Shown: positions 1 through 7,928 of the stretch, piece after piece
Numbering within the stretch: the stretch's first letter is position 1
Layout of the letters: every line of letters starts with the position of its first letter
Origin: an uncultured bacterium
GTDB lineage: Bacteria > CSSED10-310 > CAZUFC01
Reading direction: 5' to 3'
DNA length: 19,856 nt
Assembly (NCBI GenBank): GCA_964619725.1
Contig: CAZUFC010000136.1
Coordinates: forward strand, 711-20,566
The notes under the pieces: model-generated
Seen by the model: only the letters and a program-made list of their open reading frames with translations
What the model was told of the DNA's origin: nothing
The model's database searches: none
Made by a program: the position numbers and the translations under genes

Positions 1-560
1 GCTAATGACATCAACGAACGTACACAAGAATACATCTTCTCTTTTCGCGTGAATTCGCGTGAATTCGCGGACAATAATTCCTCCGCAGTCACATTATCAT
101 TTGCCGATGCCGTGTCGGGCCGACCATTATCATTCAGGAGCCGTTACATTGTCTTCATTAACACATGCCGCGGTTTTCTTTTTCTTATCCGCGAAACTTC
201 ACGAATTTACGCGAAAAAGAGGGGCCATCGGAAAGCCAATCGCCGCCGACAAACGTTAAGCTGTCGAAAAACATAACTGAACTGGATTAAAAAATTAATC
301 GTTCAATGCGCTGAAAGGGAATACGTCACGCTAATGACATCAACGAACGTACACAAGAATACATCTTCTCTTTTCGCGTGAATTAGCGTGAATTCGCGGA
401 CAATATTCCTCCGCAGTCACATTATCATTTGCCGATGCCGTGTCGGGCCGGCCATTATCGTTTAGAAGCCGCGACACTGTCATTATTAAACGGATGCCGG
501 AGTTTTCCTTTTTTCCATCAGCGTAAACTCGCGTCGTTTCGCGGACAATAATTCCTCCGC
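1..560. repeat. Tandem direct repeat, period 329 bp (copy A 1-~220, copy B 330-~550), left end truncated by the window; contains 10-bp-periodic TTCGCGTGAA-like triplets
   Basis: gctaatgacatcaacgaacgtacacaagaatacatcttctcttttcgcgtgaatt... starts at both 1 and 330. The first ~130 nt are nearly identical and the next ~90 nt are diverged but alignable. The sub-motif tcgcggacaat(a)attcctccgc occurs at ~65, ~394 and ~539. Confidence 0.95.
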
Positions 561-616
561 CGCCGTCTGCCATTTGCTGCGCCGGAAAATCTTATACCGG
601 CTTTTAGCGGATACAT

Positions 617-1093
617 TCACCCCTGCAATTTTACCCCATATTTTCGCGTTAACCATTCCTTCATTTGATCCACTGAAGCGAATATTTCCGCGGCGCATCC
701 CAGGGCCCAACCGCTTATTTTCCGTATGGGCATGTCTGCGATCATGTAAACCGGGATGTTCAGATGAAAGGCCAGGGTTACTTCACCTGCGGTTCCGGCT
801 CCTTTGGTGCAGTATTCATCCCAGAAACAGATCAAATAATCAGTTTCTTCGGCTATGACCTGGAGGTCTTTTCCGATTATCTTTTTTACTGTTCTGAGAT
901 ACCTGTCGGGGTTATCGACTTTCCAGCTTCTGAAAAACTCTTTTTCTTCCGGCGTCAGTAATTCCCATTCGTTGACTGAAGGATCGAATACTTCATGTCC
1001 CAGTTCCTGGGTAATGAAGGGAATCAGATCATGCCGCCATTTTTTGCCTCGGTCTGGAGCGTATTCAATGGCCCCGGCAAGGTATGTTTTCAT
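617..1093 (-). CDS. Nucleoside 2-deoxyribosyltransferase-like (NDT/N-glycosidase fold) protein, 158 aa
   Basis: N-terminal YLAGAIE..WR, VFDPS, D-x-LICFWD and GAGTAGEV-x-LA...IPVY match the NDT-like pattern with the catalytic Glu after GT. GGAG lies upstream of the ATG. Confidence 0.75.
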   Translation of the reverse strand: MKTYLAGAIEYAPDRGKKWRHDLIPFITQELGHEVFDPSVNEWELLTPEEKEFFRSWKVDNPDRYLRTVKKIIGKDLQVIAEETDYLICFWDEYCTKGAGTAGEVTLAFHLNIPVYMIADMPIRKISGWALGCAAEIFASVDQMKEWLTRKYGVKLQG

Positions 1094-1128
1094 TTTTTCT
1101 CCGCCTTTCTACCGAAAGAAGATATGGG

Positions 1129-1159
1129 AACCTCAAAAGACTCCTTGTTGATCAATGCC
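1129..1159 (-). repeat. Dispersed intergenic element, copy 1 (GGCATTGATCAA-N9-TTTTGAGGTT)
   Basis: The reverse complement reads ggcattgatcaa caaggagtc ttttgaggtt. The 12-nt and 10-nt blocks are identical to those at 7591 and 19805. Confidence 0.85.
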
Positions 1160-1258
1160 GATATTTCTCCTGTAAAAGGTTATTGAATTCATTTCCGACT
1201 GTGTGATAATAATTTCTGGAGGTTTTTCCGTTACGTGAATTCATGCGGAACAGTTTAT

Positions 1259-2779
1259 ATGAAGTCGACGATTTTTCAAACCAGATCATCGTTTTTATTT
1301 CCCCGTGCGTTGTTGTTTCTGCTGATGTGGGTGACTTTCGGATATTTTCAGCAGGGTGCGGGTTGGAATTCCAACGCTCGTCTGGCATTGACTTATTGCC
1401 TGACGGAGGAGGGCTCTTTTCAAATAGATCGATTCACTGATGCGACGGGCGATATGGCTCATATCGACGGTCATTATTATTCGGATAAAGCTCCGGGGAC
1501 GTCTCTTTTCGGCGTTCCCGTCTATGCTGTTCTACGCTTGCTTCGTCCGGTTCTCCTGCCCGGCATTACGGATTTTACTTTTAATCTCCTGGTCTTGCAC
1601 ATGATCGTATTTTTTACGGTAAGCATCATCAGCGCGTGGTGTTGCGTCCGGGTTTTCGATTTTCTGTTCTCTTTGGGGATCAGGCCGGATAAAGCCTGGT
1701 TGACTGCTGCATTGCCGGCCGTGTGCTCCATGATATTTCCCTATTCCACGTTGCTTCTCGGACATGCTCCGGCCGCGGCATTTCTGTTTCTGTGTTTCAT
1801 GAGCGTCCGTGAAAACGCTTTACCGGCAATGCGAGACAATGCATACCGTTTTTTTAAAGCGGGACTGCTTGGCGGATTAGCGGTTTTTTTTGAGTATCCG
1901 GCGGCGATAGCCGTTTTTTTTATTTTTATTTACGGAGTCTGGACTTCCCGCAGTTACAGGAAGGCGGCGGCGTTTGTTGGGGGATTGCTCATACCTGCGA
2001 TGGCTCTCGGCGTTATTCATGATATATGTTTCGGGTCACCCTTTACCCTGGGTTACGGTTCTGTCAGGCTGGAAGGTTTCCAGGAGTATATGTCCAAAGG
2101 AATGTACGGCGTAAATCTACCTCGCTTTTCTGTTCTTGTCGCCATGCTGTTCGGAAAATACCGGGGATTCCTGTTTCATTCGCCTTTTTTCTTTCTTGTC
2201 ATTCCGGGCCTCGTTCTGCTGTGGAGAAGGACCGGAAAGTTGTCGCTGAGCCTGCTTTTCGGTTCTGTTACAGTTTATTATCTGCTGCTTTCTTCTGCTT
2301 ATCATTACTGGGCAGGCGGCAGCGCCATGGGACCCCGGCACAGCATCGGAATGCTGTTTTTTGCAGGAACGGCGGGAGCGCTTTGTTTGTTTTCCCGGAG
2401 ACTCATTCTTCGTATCGGAGCCGGAATACTCACGGCCTATTCTTTCATAGTCAACTTTGCTTTTACGGCTGTAGTGGCTGAAACTCCCTGGCATATAAAA
2501 TTTCCCCTGGTCAGCGTCATGAAGGCTTTCTGGAAGGGCGAGCTGTCTCTGAACCCCGTCGGAGTTTTTGAATATGAACCTTTCGCCTTGTATGGAATCG
2601 ACTCCTGGGAAGCTTACATCAATTCATTCAATCTGGGCGAACTGATCGGACTTCACGGCCATTCTTCTCTTCTGCCGTTATTGCTTTTCTGGTTAGTCAT
2701 GATCCTGTCGGCATTGATGTTTTTCAGAAGGAGCGGTTCGGGAATCGCAAGAGATAAAATCAACCAGGAACAAGCATGA
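1259..2779 (+). CDS. Polytopic membrane protein, putative GT-C fold glycosyltransferase (ArnT/PMT-like), ~506 aa
   Basis: Long ORF with many hydrophobic segments. The first loop carries acidic residues (GDMAHIDGHYYSDKAPGTS) and a late W-x-GG-x-AMGPRH motif is present, as in GT-C-like families. Start set at ATG 1259; an in-frame GTG at 1235 is also possible. Confidence 0.7.
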   Translation: MKSTIFQTRSSFLFPRALLFLLMWVTFGYFQQGAGWNSNARLALTYCLTEEGSFQIDRFTDATGDMAHIDGHYYSDKAPGTSLFGVPVYAVLRLLRPVLLPGITDFTFNLLVLHMIVFFTVSIISAWCCVRVFDFLFSLGIRPDKAWLTAALPAVCSMIFPYSTLLLGHAPAAAFLFLCFMSVRENALPAMRDNAYRFFKAGLLGGLAVFFEYPAAIAVFFIFIYGVWTSRSYRKAAAFVGGLLIPAMALGVIHDICFGSPFTLGYGSVRLEGFQEYMSKGMYGVNLPRFSVLVAMLFGKYRGFLFHSPFFFLVIPGLVLLWRRTGKLSLSLLFGSVTVYYLLLSSAYHYWAGGSAMGPRHSIGMLFFAGTAGALCLFSRRLILRIGAGILTAYSFIVNFAFTAVVAETPWHIKFPLVSVMKAFWKGELSLNPVGVFEYEPFALYGIDSWEAYINSFNLGELIGLHGHSSLLPLLLFWLVMILSALMFFRRSGSGIARDKINQEQA

Positions 2780-4722
2780 AAAAAGTTAAAATTTATATCG
2801 TCGTTCTCTGCCTGTTCACGTTCCTGCTTTCTTCTTACAAGATAACCGATTACGACGCCTGGCTTCATCTGGCGCTGGGCCGATGGATAATGGAAAACCA
2901 CGCCCTTCCCAGGCAGGAAAGGTTTTCGCATACCGCATACGGCGCCGAGTATCTGGCTCACGAATGGCTTGCCGACGTTCTTTACTACTCCTGCTGGAGA
3001 CTCGGTGAAGTCACAAGCCTGCAGATATCAAAAACGTTTATTTTCATAGCGGCTATGTTTCTGCTCTTTCTGGTATTGCTTCGTCTGAATTCCCTGCCTC
3101 TGCCCGCCTTGATGATGTGCGTCCTTTGCCTCATTGGTTCCCGCAGACGTCTCATGGCGCGGCCCACTACTCTGAGTTTTCTGCTCCTCATGATCCTTCT
3201 CTTTCTTCTCGTTTTCGTACGTCGAAAGTCGCTTAAATTAACCCTCGTACCCCTGCTGACCGCTCTATGGGCCAATATGCATCCCGGCGTATTGTACGGC
3301 CTTATGCTGCTTTATTCTTTCGCCGCTTATCACATCGTCCGTTTCCTCTGGTTCCTGCGATCACCAAAAGTCCCATCCTCCGCACTTAAAAAAAACATGC
3401 TTTTCATCCTCCTTCTCAGCATCATCGGAACCGTTGCCGCTTGTGCGACGCCGACGCTTCATCACGCGCTCTTATATCCTTTCTACATGAAACAGGATGC
3501 CATGTTCAGCTTCATAGGAACGGAAGAATGGATACCGCCGCAATTTACGCCTTACTTTACCGTTTTCTGGCTTGTTCTCGCCGGTACAGTCATTTCACTG
3601 ATACTGAGATGGAAGAATAACGATTACAGATTCATTCTTTATCTCTTCCTTTGCGGTTATCTCGCCCTTTATTCCAGACGATCCATCATGTTTTTCCTAC
3701 CCGCCGCCTCTCTTTACTTGGGACCGGCGCTCTCTGATCTCTATCGGCGCTTCCTGTCCCTCTTCAGAAAAAAATATCTCTCCATAATCCTGGAATCAGC
3801 GCTTATACTCGCTCTCGCCCTTCTCTCCGTCAGGACCGTCCAAACCGAAGAAAACCTTTATACGTTCGGATTCGGAATAAACGCCAATTCCGTACCCGTC
3901 GACCTCCCTCACTTCGTTGAAAAAAACGATATTACCGGTAATGCCTATAACTCATACTCCATCGGTTCTTTCATCTCTTTCTTCTGTTATCCTGAAATAA
4001 AAATTTTCCAGGACGGCAGAAACCTGACGTTCAAAAATGTTTACCGCTCCTTCAGAAAACACCTGGATAATCCCGGCAAGTTGTTTGATGAACTGTTTCC
4101 CGTGGAAATGGCGTTCGTGAATTATCAGCCCCGCGAGTTTCCGCAGATCATCGCCTATTTTTCCGAGCATCCCCAATGGGCGCTGGTATGGTGGGACGAC
4201 GTTACAATGCTGTTTTTAAAACGAACTGAGCGCTTTGCGGAAATAATCGAGCGAAATGAATTTATGATCGTAAACAAATATGAACCGGAACAACTCCAGT
4301 CGCCGGACCGGCTCGGAAAATACCTGGAGGAACTCGAACGGGCAGGTAAAAACGCTCCCTCCAGCAAACGAATTCATTATTACAAGGGTCGAACTTTGCT
4401 GAAACTCAATCAACCCCAAAAAGCCTTGGAACAATTGGAAGCCGCAGCGTCTAAATACGATCGAAGCGGTACCTATCACTTTTATAAAACCTTTGCCCTC
4501 ATGATGCTCCAACGCACAAAAGAAGCCAGCGAATCCATCGACGCAGCAGCATCGCTCAGTCCCGACAAACCCTTCATCTGGATGGCCAAAGCCGATATAG
4601 AAATCAAAACGGGAAGAATTGGTGAAGCCCTGGATGCCCTGAAAAAAGCCCGGGATCTTCAACCCCAAAATGAACGAATAAACCAGATGATCGAGCAGCT
4701 TGAGCGGACAGGCGATCGATAA
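2776..4722 (+). CDS. Polytopic membrane protein (GT-C-like) with C-terminal TPR repeats, 648 aa
   Basis: ATGA overlap with the upstream stop. Motifs DYDAWLHLALGRWI, AHEWL, LWANMHPG, EEWIPP and FQDGR are present. The C-terminal helical repeats look TPR-like (YYKGRTLLKLNQPQKALEQLEAA; GRIGEALDALKKARDLQPQN). Confidence 0.75.
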   Translation: MKKVKIYIVVLCLFTFLLSSYKITDYDAWLHLALGRWIMENHALPRQERFSHTAYGAEYLAHEWLADVLYYSCWRLGEVTSLQISKTFIFIAAMFLLFLVLLRLNSLPLPALMMCVLCLIGSRRRLMARPTTLSFLLLMILLFLLVFVRRKSLKLTLVPLLTALWANMHPGVLYGLMLLYSFAAYHIVRFLWFLRSPKVPSSALKKNMLFILLLSIIGTVAACATPTLHHALLYPFYMKQDAMFSFIGTEEWIPPQFTPYFTVFWLVLAGTVISLILRWKNNDYRFILYLFLCGYLALYSRRSIMFFLPAASLYLGPALSDLYRRFLSLFRKKYLSIILESALILALALLSVRTVQTEENLYTFGFGINANSVPVDLPHFVEKNDITGNAYNSYSIGSFISFFCYPEIKIFQDGRNLTFKNVYRSFRKHLDNPGKLFDELFPVEMAFVNYQPREFPQIIAYFSEHPQWALVWWDDVTMLFLKRTERFAEIIERNEFMIVNKYEPEQLQSPDRLGKYLEELERAGKNAPSSKRIHYYKGRTLLKLNQPQKALEQLEAAASKYDRSGTYHFYKTFALMMLQRTKEASESIDAAASLSPDKPFIWMAKADIEIKTGRIGEALDALKKARDLQPQNERINQMIEQLERTGDR

Positions 4723-4724
4723 AT

Positions 4725-5738
4725 ATGCCGTCGTCTGAATTGAAATCCCGGATCGTCGAAACCGTAAAAAAAAGCGGATTCGATCTTTGCGGCATTACCG
4801 CCGTGCAAGAAGAACCGGATTACCATGCGTACGAACAATGGTTGAAAAATAACCGGAATGCCGGTATGAGCTATCTGGCCGAACATTCCGATTTAAGGCG
4901 TTTTCCCCGGAAACTTCTCCCCGAAGCCCGTTCCGCAATCGTCGTCGCCTTGAATTATTTTCATGAAAACCATAGGGATATTTCTCCCGTCGATGCTATG
5001 ATTTCGCTCTATGCCAGAGGCCAGGATTACCATGAAATAATCAGACGACGGTTGAAAACAGCCGCCGATATCCTGCAGGACCTGTCTGAGGAGAAAATCA
5101 TATACAGAATATGCGTCGATACTGCTCCTGTACTGGAAAGAAGTCATGCCCGCCGTGCCGGCTTGGGCTGGATCGGAAAGAATACATGCCTGATTCATCC
5201 CATTCTCGGTTCCTATCTCTTCCTGGGCATCCTTCTCATTAACAAAAAATTAACCCCAGACAAAGAAATGAAGGATCAATGCGGAAACTGCCGCCGATGC
5301 CTGGACTACTGCCCCACAGGCGCACTCGTCGCCCCTCGCATATTGGATGCGCGACGATGCCTTTCCTACCTTACCATCGAAAACCGCAACACCATACCTG
5401 AACAGTTTCATAATCCCCTGAAAAACATGTTCTTCGGCTGCGACATCTGCCAGAATGTCTGCCCTTTCAACCACAATGTGCCCGAAGGCGACGAAATCTT
5501 CAAATCCCGAAATAAATTTTCCGATCTTTCGAAAGTTATTTCTTTGAGTGAAAAAGAGTTCGCCTGCCTCTTCAAAGATTCTCCTCTGAAAAGAGCGAAA
5601 CATAGCGGGTTGATTCGTAATCTGCTCATTACTTTGAAAGAAGTGAATCATCCTGAACTGAAAAAATATTTGGCCCTTTATTCCAACCATCCCTCGAACA
5701 CGGTAAAACAAACCGTCGCTCAACTGAAAAAACGCTGA
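4725..5738 (+). CDS. queG: tRNA epoxyqueuosine(34) reductase QueG
   Basis: YARGQDYH, VDTAPVLER, AGLGWIGKN, CGNCRRCLDYCPTGA, CLSYLTIE and FGCDICQNVCPFN (two 4Fe-4S ligand sets). Confidence 0.95.
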   Translation: MPSSELKSRIVETVKKSGFDLCGITAVQEEPDYHAYEQWLKNNRNAGMSYLAEHSDLRRFPRKLLPEARSAIVVALNYFHENHRDISPVDAMISLYARGQDYHEIIRRRLKTAADILQDLSEEKIIYRICVDTAPVLERSHARRAGLGWIGKNTCLIHPILGSYLFLGILLINKKLTPDKEMKDQCGNCRRCLDYCPTGALVAPRILDARRCLSYLTIENRNTIPEQFHNPLKNMFFGCDICQNVCPFNHNVPEGDEIFKSRNKFSDLSKVISLSEKEFACLFKDSPLKRAKHSGLIRNLLITLKEVNHPELKKYLALYSNHPSNTVKQTVAQLKKR

Positions 5739-5739
5739 T

Positions 5740-6060
5740 TCACAAACCATGAATATCGGCAAATTGACGCGGAGTTAAAATCGGCGTATTTTCAGGAACG
5801 TTTTCGATGAGCAGCTTTTCTCCCCTTACAAGAGATGCGCCGGGGTATACATCCAAAAGGTCCCATAAATGCTGATCTTCTCTGTCGGGCGCCCGGATTT
5901 TCGATTCGCTGGCTTCACGGAACATGCCGTCAGCCGGTATGTCCGCCAGAATATCATCAGTTTCTTCGATTATTTGTCTACTGGATTTTCCCTGCCTGAC
6001 TGCTGCTTTTTTTAACGCCCGGTGTTTTTCATCAGAAAGCGCAATTGTTAATCTACGCAT
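5740..6060 (-). pseudogene. In-frame fusion remnant of an RHH/CopG antitoxin N-terminus and a PIN toxin C-terminus
   Basis: Residues 1-33 (MRRLTIALSDEKHRALKKAAVRQGKSSRQIIEE) are ribbon-helix-helix-like. The rest (APDREDQHLWDLL...LVRGEKLL...ILTPRQF) matches the C-terminal half of PIN toxins. The N-terminal DTN motif is missing, TGD appears as RGE, and no RBS is obvious. Confidence 0.65.
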
Positions 6061-6098
6061 GAAACGAAACGCCTGGCCTCGCGGAGAAGACAGGCGTT
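6060..6098 (-). terminator. Possible intrinsic terminator of the 400-aa secreted protein gene
   Basis: Stem aacgcctg (6068-6075) / caggcgtt (6091-6098), followed on the - strand by a T-rich run. A second small hairpin (cctg-cga-cagg) lies at 6112-6122. Confidence 0.35.
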
Positions 6099-6135
6099 AT
6101 TTATATGAAAACCTGCGACAGGGGTTTTGCTTAAT

Positions 6136-7338
6136 TTAATTTTGGGGTTGAAGGTCCAGGTAGATGTATTCCGTACCGACGGTGGTCCAGGTCTTTTTTC
6201 TGACCAGGCAGACTTCGGCATCGGTGTAATCGTATGAGGAAGCGCAGGCGACGGGTCCGAAGTTGTTTTCCCACAGGTAATAGACGTTTTGTCCCGGAGC
6301 AGCATCCGTGTCCCATTCCTGGTGTTTGGTAATCCAGTAGAAACCGGAATAGGTCTGGGCAGCTCTGTATTCATCGCCGAAATACTCGCATGTGGGGAAA
6401 TCGACGAAAGGCCCGACGGCAAAAGGCGGGTCGTAAGCCCAGCCCCAGCGGTCTATCCAGTAAGTTCTTCTGTCGGTCTGGATAAGCATCATGTTGCCGG
6501 CGTTACGGTAATTATCGGAATAAACCAGGTATATCCCGTTGTAGTTGCTGTCCGTCCAGGAGGCTTCTTCCAGCATCTCAAATCCGTCATATCCCCCCTC
6601 TTCCGTCAATCTCGTCACGGCGATGAAAGGCCTGCCGCTGCCGTCGTTATATACCAGATGCGTCATAATGAAATAATCGACGCCGTTCCAGGCTATATCC
6701 GACGCCCTGGGCTGCTGCTCCGTTATCCAGTAAGAACGTTCCGCCGGCTCACCGGGATCGTCCGCATCCTCCCATACATAAGAACAATAAGAACAACGCC
6801 CTCGTCCCGCTCCTGAGACAGCCACAGTTCCGTCGTGATAAGCTATTCCCGGCGCAAAAGATGCCCCGCTGCAACAATCAGGTATCTCATAAATGCCGCC
6901 TACAGTTCCGTAAACGTCCACCTGAGCCCACTTGGCGTTCTCCGTGTCCAACGCGTCATCCGATGCATCCCAGGCTATGTAGGCCGTGCGATTCCCGTCG
7001 CTTGTGCAATCTACATGACTGATGACATCCTCTGTCGCTATCCATTGCGTATCAATTATATCACCGTAACGAGAGTAGGAACTCAATCCGTCCACCCTTA
7101 AATACCACAACTGGTCAACCTCAGGCCCCAAAACGCTCCTCACTCGAAAAACGGCAAAAACGCCGTAATAGTCCAGGTAACCCGAACTTCCCGGAAAATG
7201 ACACACTGCCGCAGTTTTAAACTGTAAAGAACCCATCGGCGCCCAGCTCTGAATTTCCGTCAGCCCAGCTTCCGCTCCCAGGCCCCAAACAGTCGAGACT
7301 AATATTATCGCCAAAACGACGGTCATCATTCTTCTCAT
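6136..7338 (-). CDS. Secreted hypothetical protein, 400 aa, Tyr/Trp/Asp-rich, probably beta-rich
   Basis: Strong RBS (aagggagg) and a Sec signal peptide MRRMMTVVLAIILVSTVWGLGAEA. Several Cys. No recognisable family and no C-terminal anchor. Confidence 0.85.
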   Translation of the reverse strand: MRRMMTVVLAIILVSTVWGLGAEAGLTEIQSWAPMGSLQFKTAAVCHFPGSSGYLDYYGVFAVFRVRSVLGPEVDQLWYLRVDGLSSYSRYGDIIDTQWIATEDVISHVDCTSDGNRTAYIAWDASDDALDTENAKWAQVDVYGTVGGIYEIPDCCSGASFAPGIAYHDGTVAVSGAGRGRCSYCSYVWEDADDPGEPAERSYWITEQQPRASDIAWNGVDYFIMTHLVYNDGSGRPFIAVTRLTEEGGYDGFEMLEEASWTDSNYNGIYLVYSDNYRNAGNMMLIQTDRRTYWIDRWGWAYDPPFAVGPFVDFPTCEYFGDEYRAAQTYSGFYWITKHQEWDTDAAPGQNVYYLWENNFGPVACASSYDYTDAEVCLVRKKTWTTVGTEYIYLDLQPQN

Positions 7339-7372
7339 TTTTTTTCCTCCCTTTTCAACATTTTATTTTTCC

Positions 7373-7387
7373 GTTTCCGTAGAAAAC
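7373..7387. promoter_or_regulatory. Palindromic site GTTTCC-N3-GAAAAC (one mismatch to the 7495 site)
   Basis: gtttcc gta gaaaac. With the flanking ttttcc it is an inverted copy of the 21-mer at 7495-7515. Confidence 0.45.
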
Positions 7388-7405
7388 TTTCACAACGTAA
7401 GAAGA

Positions 7406-7422
7406 AGCAACTTACGTGCCGG
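7406..7422 (-). promoter_or_regulatory. Sigma54 (RpoN) -24/-12 promoter for the 6136-7338 gene
   Basis: The - strand reads CCGGCACGTAAGTTGCT versus consensus YTGGCACG-N4-TTGCW, with exact GG-N10-GC spacing. It lies ~70 nt upstream of the ATG in the correct orientation. Confidence 0.7.
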
Positions 7423-7494
7423 CAAATAAAAACTTTTAATAACAATACATTATTCCATTTGCGCAGAATTTCTCGCTCTTGTTTTTCAAAAAGT

Positions 7495-7509
7495 GTTTCC
7501 ATAGGAAAC
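7495..7509. promoter_or_regulatory. Perfect palindrome GTTTCC-N3-GGAAAC, candidate upstream activator sequence
   Basis: gtttcc ata ggaaac, centred ~107 nt upstream of the predicted sigma54 start site, which is a typical enhancer distance. Confidence 0.5.
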
Positions 7510-7590
7510 GGAAAATAATTGCCTTTGCGCTTTTCCGTAACAGGGGCATTCTGTTCTATTTCGTTGAAACCTGCCTGCCATGGAAAAATG

Positions 7591-7636
7591 GGCATTGATC
7601 AAATATCGGTGTTTTGAGGTTACAATTCGACAGAAT
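7591..7636 (+). repeat. Dispersed intergenic element, copy 2
   Basis: ggcattgatcaa atatcggtg ttttgaggttacaattcgacagaat. Both flanking blocks (12 and 25 nt) are identical to 19805-19850. Confidence 0.9.
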
Positions 7637-7839
7637 ATCACGCTATCTAAAATGGACTTAAGAAAAGTGATGTTCGGGCTATAAATAATAAGAAAAACAA
7701 CCCCTTTTAATGGGAAATTTACATGGTCATTTTTTTGTCGCGGCACAAGTTCTGAACTCCTGACAAGAATGTCACAATCTATTGAAAAAATGTGATTTTC
7801 TTGCATTGTAACTCGGCATAATAATTGTGAAGTTTTTAG

Positions 7840-7872
7840 CCCCCCCTATATCCCCCCGCAGGCGGGGGGACT
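7840..7872. repeat. REP-like GC-rich hairpin CCCCCCCTATATCCCCCCGCAGGCGGGGGGACT
   Basis: tccccccgc (7851-7859) pairs with gcgggggga (7862-7870) and is preceded by a C7 run. Only one copy is in this window. Confidence 0.5.
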
Positions 7873-7912
7873 TTGTTTTACAAGAATTTTTTCGTACGTC
7901 TATAGTTTTTTT

Positions 7913-7928
7913 TGTCAAACATTTCACA
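7913..7928. promoter_or_regulatory. CRP-family-like box TGTCA-N6-TCACA
   Basis: tgtca aacatt tcaca is a 9/10 match to TGTGA-N6-TCACA with AT-rich flanks, ~180 nt upstream of the S9 peptidase. Confidence 0.35.

Noticed and set aside
1-560. CRISPR array or DGR template/variable repeat pair
   Set aside because: There are no constant short repeats with unique equal-length spacers. Differences between copies are mixed (A/G, C/T, T/G, indels) rather than adenine-specific on either strand. No cas or reverse transcriptase gene is in the window.
49-710. Short ORFs over the tandem repeat (49-276, 59-259, 340-573, 486-710)
   Set aside because: Not preserved between repeat copies, no RBS and no family-like motifs.
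617-5738. Queuosine salvage or glycosylation cluster (NDT-like + GT-C pair + queG)
   Set aside because: GT-C enzymes act extracytoplasmically with lipid-linked donors and would not meet tRNA. The NDT-like gene is divergent and nothing beyond proximity links it to Q metabolism.
7339-7600. Riboswitch in the leader of the secreted protein
   Set aside because: Hairpins exist but no known aptamer consensus is recognisable. A sigma54 promoter plus operator sites explains the symmetry better and leaves only a ~57-nt UTR.
7595-7626. Dispersed element read as a sigma70 promoter (TTGATC...TACAAT) or an FNR box
   Set aside because: The spacer is 20 nt rather than 16-18, copy 1 lacks TACAAT, and TTGATCAA lacks the TTGAT-N4-ATCAA spacing of FNR sites.
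7335-7806. ORFs 7335-7595 and 7486-7806 (-)
   Set aside because: AT-rich, atypical composition, and they overlap promoter and repeat elements; likely spurious.
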